A stretch of DNA of 64,000 bases, taken from NCBI GenBank assembly GCA_963665095.1, contig OY762069.1, positions 1,216,001-1,280,000 on the forward strand, written 5' to 3'. The stretch's first letter is position 1. Every line of letters begins with the position of its first letter. This stretch comes from an uncultured Desulfobacter sp. (GTDB lineage: Bacteria; Desulfobacterota; Desulfobacteria; Desulfobacterales; Desulfobacteraceae). The translations under genes and the position numbers were made by a program. Of this stretch, positions 20,079-29,100 are shown in pieces. The notes beneath the pieces were generated by a model. It was not told the origin of the DNA. It was given only the letters and a program-made list of their open reading frames with translations, and did no database searches.

Positions 20079-21509
20079 TCACCCAAGGCGCTCCAGAAGG
20101 CGCTGATGAATATTCCCAAACCCGCCATTGGACATGATCAGAACAATATCTTTGGATTTCAGTTCAGGGGCAAGAAAATCAATAATCTGGTCAGGTTCCT
20201 GAAAATGCCGGGCCTGCCCTCCCCTTTTACAGATATCTTCGGTCAGGTGTTCGGGTGAAAACCGCTGGCTTTCAGGAATATTCTTTTTTACCCCGGGCGA
20301 ACAGATACACACCAGATCGGCCTGATCAAAACAGGCAGGATAGGTTTCCTGGAAAATACTGCGCATACTGGTGTTGGTTCTTGGTTCAAATACTGCCACA
20401 AGACGCCCTTCAGGGTAAAAGGGCTTGACAGCTGCAATGGTCTCCTTTACAGCGGTCGGGTGGTGGGCAAAATCATCCATCACAGTAATGCCTCTGACCT
20501 TTCCGCGTATTTCCTGGCGTCTGCGTACGCCGGAAAAAGTGGAAAGCCCCTTACCAATAATGTCAGTGTCAATTCCCATGCTGCGCGCTGCAGCCGTACA
20601 GGCTATGGCGTTGAGCAAGTTGTGCCGTCCGATTAGATCTGTTAGCACAGGTAGATCTGTCCGTGGACCTGTAAAGCGCGCAAGCGTATGTAACCGGCCG
20701 GTATCAGGGTCAGGCTCACGACTTATACCATGATCCGAAATCTGCCACAGGGCATCGTCTCCATAGGTTTCAGGAACCACCCCGGCCCGTTCAAGCACAT
20801 TCATCAGGGTTTGATTCTCACCGCAGGCAATGATGCGGCTGTTCTTTTTTATTTTAACTGCCAACGCTTCAAAAGCCCTGCAAATATGACTGAGGTCGTC
20901 AAAGATATCAGCATGATCAAATTCAATTCCCGTCATAATGGTGATGGCAGGATCATAGTGCATGAACTTCGGGCCCTTATCAAAAAAGGCCGTGTCATAC
21001 TCATCTCCTTCAATGACCATATATTGCCCGGTACCGATTTTAAAAGAAGAGTTAAAATCCTTTAAAATGCCGCCGATCATGAACGAAGGGGACATGCCGG
21101 CCGTTTCAAGCAGATGGGCCATAATGGCAGATGTCGTAGTTTTCCCATGGGTACCGGTCACAAGAATTATCTTTTTGCCCCTGGCAACAAATCGGTTCAC
21201 GGCCTGGGGCATGGACATGTAGGAAAGGCCTCTTTCCATTACAGCCACTGCCTCAGGGTTTTCCCGGGTCACCGCATTTCCGATAATTACAAGATCCGGA
21301 ACGGCTTTCGGGTCCTGGCTGATATTTGCCGGGTCAAAGCCTTCGAACAGTTCAATTCCGTTTTCTTTAAGGAAATCACTCATGGGCGGATATACATTGC
21401 GGTCAGATCCGGTAACCGTATACCCTTGTTCTTTTAAAATACAGGCCAGAGTCCCCATGCCGGTGCCGCAGGCGGCAACCAGATGAATACGTTTAATTGA
21501 GTCTGTCAT
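20079..21509 (-). CDS. mpl: Murein peptide ligase
   Basis: CGTGMG, VTGTHGKTTTS, EGDEYDTAFFDKGPKF, DDFAHHPTA, FEPRTNT, MSNGGFG. Confidence 0.92.
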   Translation of the reverse strand: MTDSIKRIHLVAACGTGMGTLACILKEQGYTVTGSDRNVYPPMSDFLKENGIELFEGFDPANISQDPKAVPDLVIIGNAVTRENPEAVAVMERGLSYMSMPQAVNRFVARGKKIILVTGTHGKTTTSAIMAHLLETAGMSPSFMIGGILKDFNSSFKIGTGQYMVIEGDEYDTAFFDKGPKFMHYDPAITIMTGIEFDHADIFDDLSHICRAFEALAVKIKKNSRIIACGENQTLMNVLERAGVVPETYGDDALWQISDHGISREPDPDTGRLHTLARFTGPRTDLPVLTDLIGRHNLLNAIACTAAARSMGIDTDIIGKGLSTFSGVRRRQEIRGKVRGITVMDDFAHHPTAVKETIAAVKPFYPEGRLVAVFEPRTNTSMRSIFQETYPACFDQADLVCICSPGVKKNIPESQRFSPEHLTEDICKRGGQARHFQEPDQIIDFLAPELKSKDIVLIMSNGGFGNIHQRLLERLG

Positions 21510-22795
21510 TAAATTTCTGCCATGACCTGCCTTGCAGCATTTAACGTCGCTTGGATATCATCATCCGTATGGGCTGCAGATATGAAACAGGCCTCAAACT
21601 GGGATGGGGCAAGGTAAATTCCCTTTGAAAGCATGCCCCGGTAGAACCGTGCAAACCGGTCCAGATCACAGGTCTTGGCATCTTCAAAATTACGGACTGT
21701 ACGGTCCGTAAAAAAGAAACCGGCCATGGATCCAAAATGGTCGGCTGTAAAAGGAATACCCGCATCATCAGCAGCTGCTTTCAGCCCATTTACAAGCATA
21801 TCCGCCCGCCGGTCCATATCAGCATAAAGTGTATCATCCTTAAGTGCGGTCAACGTTGCAACTCCGGCGGCCATGGCCAGGGGATTGCCGGAAAGGGTGC
21901 CGGCCTGATACACATTACCCACAGGGGCAATCTGCTCCATGATGTTACGCTTACCGCCATAGGCCCCCACAGGCAGCCCGCCACCAATCACCTTGCCGAA
22001 ACAGGTCAGGTCCGGCTCAATATTAAAAAGGCCCTGGGCACAGGCCATCCCCCCTACCCTGAAGCCTGTCATCACCTCATCAAATATAAGCAGGGCACCA
22101 TGGTTAGCAGTCTCTCTGCGAAGGACCCGTAAAAAATCAGGCAGGGGGGCAACCATACCCATATTTCCCCCGACAGGCTCAAGGATGACACAGGCTATTT
22201 TATCTCCTTTTTCAGCCATAAGCCGTTCAACACCGTCAATATCATTGTAAGGCAGAGACAGAGTATTACGGATCACGTCAGCGGGAACGCCGGGGCTTCC
22301 GGGAATACCAAGGGTTGCAACACCGGAACCGGCCGCCACCAGAAGCGTATCTGCATGGCCATGATAGCAGCCGTCAAATTTTACAATAAGATCACGACCT
22401 GTATATCCCCTGGCCAGCCGGATGGCGCTCATGGTGGCCTCGGTGCCTGAATTGACCATTCTTAACATATCCACTGAGGCCACAGCATCGACAACCAGCC
22501 CGGCAAGTTCGTTTTCAAGGGGGTTGGGGGCACCAAAACTGGTACCAGATTCAAGCACTGACTTTAACGCCTCAATCACAGATCTCGGCCGATGCCCGAG
22601 AATAAGCGGTCCCCAGGAAAGCACATAATCAACGTATGAGTTGCCGTCGGCGTCAAACAGCCTGGACCCCTCTCCTTTTGTGACAAAAACAGGTTCTCCG
22701 CCCACTGCACCGCAGGCCCGCACAGGAGAGTTGACCCCGCCCGGAATTAATGTTTTTGCCAATTTAAATAAAGCTGCTGAGTTTGCCCGCTCCAT
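21509..22795 (-). CDS. hemL: Glutamate-1-semialdehyde 2,1-aminomutase
   Basis: PGGVNSPVRA, NSGTEATMSA, FDEVMTGFR, GKVIGGGLPVGA, YQAGTLSGNP. Confidence 0.95.
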   Translation of the reverse strand: MERANSAALFKLAKTLIPGGVNSPVRACGAVGGEPVFVTKGEGSRLFDADGNSYVDYVLSWGPLILGHRPRSVIEALKSVLESGTSFGAPNPLENELAGLVVDAVASVDMLRMVNSGTEATMSAIRLARGYTGRDLIVKFDGCYHGHADTLLVAAGSGVATLGIPGSPGVPADVIRNTLSLPYNDIDGVERLMAEKGDKIACVILEPVGGNMGMVAPLPDFLRVLRRETANHGALLIFDEVMTGFRVGGMACAQGLFNIEPDLTCFGKVIGGGLPVGAYGGKRNIMEQIAPVGNVYQAGTLSGNPLAMAAGVATLTALKDDTLYADMDRRADMLVNGLKAAADDAGIPFTADHFGSMAGFFFTDRTVRNFEDAKTCDLDRFARFYRGMLSKGIYLAPSQFEACFISAAHTDDDIQATLNAARQVMAEI

Positions 22796-22929
22796 ATTAT
22801 CTACCCCTTGTTTTATCTGGCTTTTAAAATTTGGATCACTTCTTTAAAATCTTTGTAATATATCAAATTAGCCTCAAAAGGGTCAACTGCTTTGGTTTTA
22901 TAAAAACCAATATCAATGTAAAAAACCCA

Positions 22930-22958
22930 TTGACAAGGGCCTCAACCGCTGATATTTT
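22930..22958 (+). promoter_or_regulatory. sigma70 promoter of tRNA-Lys
   Basis: TTGACA (22930-22935), 17 bp, TATTTT (22953-22958). Confidence 0.6.
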
Positions 22959-22975
22959 TCCCAAGTTAATTTTTC

Positions 22976-23051
22976 GGGCCATTAGCTCAATTGGTAGAGC
23001 AACTGACTCTTAATCAGTAGGTCCAAGGTTCGATCCCTTGATGGCCCACCA
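22976..23051 (+). tRNA. tRNA-Lys (anticodon CTT)
   Basis: 76 nt GGGCCAT...ATGGCCC ACCA; D arm AGCTCAATTGGTAGAGC; anticodon arm ACTGA-CTCTTAA-TCAGT; T loop GGTTCGATCC. Confidence 0.97.
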
Positions 23052-23063
23052 CCGAAAATAAAG
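23007..23063 (+). repeat. attL core (3' half of tRNA-Lys plus 12 bp)
   Basis: CTCTTAATCAG...CCACCACCGAAAATAAAG identical to 59108-59164. Confidence 0.95.
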
Positions 23064-23096
23064 CCGATCCGCTTCAAATAAGCATTTCGGCTTTTT
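23060..23096 (+). terminator. Element-supplied terminator for the reconstituted tRNA
   Basis: AAAGCCGA...TCGGCTTT stem followed by a T run. Confidence 0.55.
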
Positions 23097-23142
23097 ACTT
23101 TCCTGGACCGTATCCCGGCATAAATCGGCATATCCGGACCGA

Positions 23143-23175
23143 TTTACAACACGTTGTTGTAACTCTTGTTGTAAA
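23143..23175. repeat. Putative integrase arm-type sites, left end
   Basis: TTGTTGTAAC (23154-23163), TTGTTGTAAA (23166-23175), inverted TTTACAACA (23143-23151); same motif and 12-bp spacing near attR. Confidence 0.75.
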
Positions 23176-23189
23176 AAATTTGCCGAAAT

Positions 23190-26100
23190 TTATGTCCTGG
23201 CACGCTCTCTTTTACTGGGCCGAAATGCCATTTTAATTCTATTCTTAATTGTCCTTTCCGTGATCAGGGGAACAACATCATCCAGCCTGTTGCTTTTTAC
23301 CCTGGCATTAAATCTCTGGATATCCATAATGATATCCCGCCATTCAGACGGATCCTTTTTTGAAACAGGCAGAGCATGATAATGAATAATCCGACTATAG
23401 AGCATACGCTTTCTTTCTGTATACTGGCGCTTCAGGGTTGTTTCGTTCCACTGGATCTCTCTGGGCTTTGCAATCTTGGTTGGATTCATGCCGGCAGCCC
23501 GCATGAGCCCGGTTCCCAGATCCCCTTTGATCTGCTCATTACCAAAGAAAACAGGGTCACCGGCCCTTGTTGTCACACCCTTGGTGGCTTCCCGATAAGC
23601 CTTTGCCACATTACCCATGGCAAGCGGAGTAATTTTTTCAATCCCTTTCAGGTAATCACCATGGGTGATATTCTCTGCGCCCTGGTAGATATTGCGCATC
23701 ATCCCGCCGATTGGGCCAAGTGCGTCCAGGGGTTCTTCAAAATCCGGCAGGCCTGGTGCAAGGGAACCTTTCAAAGAGACGCCGGCCAGGCCCGGCAGTC
23801 CGTAGCGGGCAATATCCTCGCCCGTTTCCCCGAATAATTGTTCTGCAAGTTGATATATTTTTTCTTCCGGGTCATCCTCTCTCATGGCTTTGAAAATCAA
23901 TTTTACAGCCGGCAAAAGAATGGAGCTTGCGGCGCCACCGAAAACCATGGGGGAGAGCATCATATATGCGGCTGCCCCGGCCTGCTTCCGGCCGATCATA
24001 TAAGACAATGTGGTAAAGTAATTGTGAATGAAGGTTTGAAAAATATACATGGCCGAAGCGGCCCGCAGCCCCCGGCCCTTTCTCAGTAACGCCGGCTGAT
24101 TTTCAACACCATAAATCCCATGAGCACGGTCTGACACTTTTTTTGCTTTCATCAGGGCTTCTTCTTTGTTCATTCCAGGATTTTCAGCAATGATACCTTT
24201 ATATGCAGCCAGGATGGTCACCCCGCGGTTAAATTCTTCCGTAATTTTGAACGGTGTCATCAATAATTCAACCGCCCTCCCATACTTCTGGGCCGGGCCG
24301 GATTTAAGGGCGTTAACGGTCTCCATATTCAGCTGGGCCGCAACCCATCCCCTGGAGAAGATATCCTCAAGGACGGCACGATCCGCCTTTGAAACCACCC
24401 CTTTGCCCGTAACAAAGGAAGCATATGTTTTCCCAGCCTTTACAACATGCTGGACAGTCCGCTGCAAAGGGATCCCGCCATAGGCATCCATTGCCGCCGG
24501 CACCGTGGTCCCCAGGGCAGTTAGGTTGATTGCAGCAGAAGACAGGCGCCCTCCTAAAAACCAGACAGATGCAAGGCCCTTGAGAGTGTTAATCACCCGG
24601 TCCCCGGCCTCATCATTCTTGAGGACGTTTTCAACGGCGTTCACAACATCGGTATAAGCCCGTTTCTGCCGTTTAGGGTCAATCATGTGGGTTTGGATGT
24701 ATTCACGGTATTCACGGTGAATGTTGCCTCTTAACCGGGCAATTTCCTGATGGGCATCTGCAGCTTGCTTATCATCTTTCCACTTCCGAATTTTTTCTTT
24801 TTCCCTGAACAGGGTACCGATCCTGAAAAGACGGTCTTGTCTGGATTTTTCAGATTCGGTCTTCACCCCTGCCCGTTCCCGTTGCAGTTGTTTTATTTCC
24901 CGGTCAATTTCGGCAATTCTTTCCTCTTCGGTCCTGGAATTCCTCTGAAGGTTTTTTAAATGATCTTCTGCAGCTGTCAGGGTCTCATAGTCCTTGTGCT
25001 GTTTCTGCCATTCATCCCAGGAGTAGTGCTGGCCAGTAATGGCTTTTGATGTATTCAAGGCAACCTGCTGTTTTGCAAAACCGCCGGCTGCTGAATTCAC
25101 TGCCTGGGCAATGGCCTTCAGCGGATCCGTCTCGTATCCAATCGGGACATCTTTTCCCACGGCATCAGACCGGGATATCATCCGTGCCCGGCTGCCCCTT
25201 GCACGCAATGTGTCAGCCAGTTGATTGACCAGGCTCTGGGCAATTTCAAAGGAGACATCGGTTTCCTGACCCCTGGCAGCATAAAGAGCATTGGTCACAA
25301 TTTCTTCTATATCTTTCGGGGCATTTTCAAACCAGTACCCAGGGGACCATGAATTCCCGCTGCGCCCTTTATCAGAATACTCACGGCCGCCAAGTTTCTC
25401 CAAGACCGATGCAGACCATTCATAGACACCGCCATTAGGCATGTAATAGCTGTCACCTCTCCACCTGCCTCTTAACCCAAGGTCTGCAAGATTTCGGGTC
25501 TTCACATCCATTTTGGTTTCGGATAAGGCTTGGTTCACCATGGCTTGGGTGGACAGGATGTTCTTGATATTTTGGTAAACATCTTCCGACATGCTACCGA
25601 CTTTTTTCACTTCGACCTCATACCCCAGGGCTTTCATTTTGCCGGCAAGGAAATCAGCCGTTTTTTTAAAGTCACGGTACTCAATGACATCGTGCTCCCC
25701 GTCTTTTTTTGAATATACCCGCCAATCGCCATTGGACCGTTGCCTGGGGAAATAATAGGAGGAGCGTTCGCCCATCTTGGCCAAAGCCACCTTCAAATCA
25801 ATCCTGACTTCGCCTGATTTTGTCCGGATCACGACGTCAGGAAGGGTCAGCCCCCGGGCCTCATATTCTTTAATGATGGATTCCCAGGACTCTGCATAGA
25901 AGTCATGCAGGTTGGCTGTCATGTTCCTGAATGCCCTCAGTGCATCGCGGCCTGCCGGGTTATCATACTCATCAACTTCATAATTTATGGACCAGGTCCT
26001 GGCTTCGGCTTTGGATCGAAACCCGGATTTCAAAAGCTTACGCTTCCCTGTTCTCTCATCCTTGGCGGAATAGACTTTCCACTCTCCTGGTTCGCCCTCC

Positions 26101-29100
26101 ATAACCAGGTTCCCGATCTGGTAAATATCTCGATCAACCAGATACTCTTTAAGTTCGGAGTATGTGGCTTTATCATGCTTCTGCAAATCCTCAATCGTGC
26201 CAATCATGGATTCTTCGCCATTTTTAAACAGCTCGTTTTCTTTTTGGAATTTCCATTCCGGCCGCTTCAGCAACTCTTCAAATGCCAGCTTCAAAGCAGG
26301 GATCTTTTCAGAGTAATGGGACATCAGACCCAGGACATTTTCAACAACACCGATATCCTCTTTATAGTCCGGGCCCATGTTCTTTCTGTTTTCCAAGACG
26401 CCTTTAAGCCCGGCTGCAATCTGGCTGTACGTTTTCTTTTTTTCACCTTCAGTTGGTGTGAGGATGTCCTGAGACGTTTGGTAAAGGGCCTCGTCGGAAT
26501 CTAAAGCTCTCATCCCGTTTACGTTCGGTGCAGGCAGCTGGTTGGTGTCACGCATACTGATCAACCGGCCGAAGGGGTTTGTTGTTATGATGTCATTCAC
26601 GCTTATGCCCTGAGTAGTTAGGCCTTCCGCCAGGCGTTCGTACAATTTATTTCGGTTCGTGTTGGCAAAGGTCTGCATGTTAATAACTGCCTGGACAGCA
26701 TTGACTCCTGAGGCCTTGGTCAAGATATCCCTGGCGGCCTCCCGGATTGTTTCTCCCTTTTTAAAAGGGATGAACACCACTTCTCTGTGCCCTTCATCCG
26801 TCAATAGGATTCCGTCCTGCTCTCCTTCGAACCGCTCCATTGCCGCCCATGCGTCCTTAATGCTGATCGGATTTTGCGGCTCCCTGGAAAGAATACGCCT
26901 TTCACTGACAGGAACTGTGCTTTTGGCTGGCAGTTGTTTTATTTTTTGAGCACCACCGACATGGTATTCATCGAACTCCAAGTATCTGCCGTCAGAGATA
27001 ACCAAACCATTGACGTTGATTCCGGCAAGCCTAAGGCCTAAACGGAGATCTCGCATAATGAGGCGGTCCTCGTCCGACGGTGCCAAATTTCCTGAAATGT
27101 GATTGTGAACCAGATAGGCTGCATGTGCAGATTTATTTTCCAGCAGATGCCCTGACAGTTGGTTGATATGAGCATCTGCCTTTCCGGACGATCCTTTGGA
27201 GAATTTATGGACCTCTAATACTTTTCCCGCTTTATCTGCTGTGAGGAGATAGACTTCTTCTTGAGCTGCTTCAGAAAGGCCAGATAGCATTTGTGCCGCA
27301 TCGGACACGTTGCGAACGGTTCTCCTTGGCACTCGGAGTTCTCCGGTTTCTCGCATTCCGATTCGTGCAAATCTGGGAACAGGTGTTTGTGTCTGTGTTC
27401 CACTTTTAACAACCCCTTTGGATAGATCTTTGTCGAGATCAATTATTTCAATAGAATCGTTGGCTTGATCTGGCTTCCGTTCGAAAGCTTTCCCAGATTC
27501 AATTTCCTTGGCCAATTTTCGTGAAGATGATTTCCCAATATACCGAAGCCCGTCCAGGAAATCCATAATCTTCTGGATAATCCTGTTGAAAACGGATTTA
27601 TCGCGGTACGCCTCCCGGTCTGCAATTATCTGGGCCAGGGTGTTGGCCCGGTCCTCTTCAGGCGTATTCAGGAGTTCATATCGATATTTATTCTCCTTAA
27701 TCAGTTTCGACCTGTGGACATCCAGGGAGAGTTCTTCGCTGCGGGTGACAATACCAAGATCCGTTAGCAGATGATACACCTCATGGGTAAGGGTCTGGCC
27801 GTCAGCAAGGTTCTGGTTCAGGGTAATGATTTGGTTCTTATATTTCCCCAGGATGACACCGCCTTCATCCATCCGGCCGATTTCCATGGCATACCGGATA
27901 TCATTGCCGCCAATGTGCTCAACGGCTTTTATCCGGCAGCCCTGGCCGTTTTTAAACCGCACTGATATGGATCCGTCAGGTGACAGGTTGACGAACTGTC
28001 CCTTGAAAAAATTTTGGATATCTTTCAAGGAAATCCCTTGGCCGAGCCTGGTGTCAATCTGGAACTTTTTCTTGACGGAATCAGATTTTGATTTTATATT
28101 AGATCCTGAGGGGTCACCCCCTCTTAAAGGCTCGCCCCCCGCGGCTTCTATCCGCGGTAAATTGCGAGCCTTTTTTATTTTCAACAACAAATCCGTGTCG
28201 TGATTGATGTTGTAATAAAAGTTGCCGTGCCTATCTTCCCCGATTGTTACCCCTGCTTGGTAAAGATTGTCCCCTATTTGAACATTTGCTGAGATATGAT
28301 GATAACGATAAACGTCCTTTTTTTTGCTTGAGAATTGACCGGGTTCGATAGCCCCATGTTTGATAATGTCAGGGATAGCCGGGATCAATTTGGCCTTAAT
28401 GGGATCACTTTTTAATCCGCGCTTAGTTTTGTCCCATCCGGTGCCTGTGATTCGGACAGGTCCCAATCCTTCCCGGACAACAGTCTTGACCTTTCTCTGC
28501 AGTTCTTCTCGAAAATATTTTTTTGCGGACTGGAAAAGCTCTTCCGGTGTCGCCCCTTTAATTTCTTCTCCAGAGAGTACGGCAACTGGTTTGGATTTCA
28601 AGTCATCGGATGTGGAATAAACAGCTTCTCCAGAATTTATATAAGCAATTTCTTTGACATCCGATTCATTTAAAATGATTTCCTTAAACTGACCGTTGAT
28701 ATTCGCAACCATTACAGGAGAGTGTTTATTAAGATCCCGCAAGCTTCGGGCCAACTCTATAAAAAATTCTGTTCTTTCGGTTTTACTGCCATCCTTGTTG
28801 TAAGGGATAAAGACTGTGGCGTTGGTTTGATCCATGGCTTCAAGGACTTCAGCGGCCACTTCCCGCTTTGATGTACCGGGAAGAAACTCCAGATACCCGA
28901 CTTCGTTCAACTGATTATCAGCAAGGATAAACCCGGACTCTTTGTCTTTTAAGACCTGGCTAACTGTATCTGGCGTGACCTTCACCCCTCGCTTTGAAGC
29001 TTTAAAGACCCGCTCCTTAACGGGGATAGAAACGCTTTTCTCTCCATCTAAAACAGAGTTATCCTGTGACAATGGACCAAACGCGTCAAACTTCCCCCAA

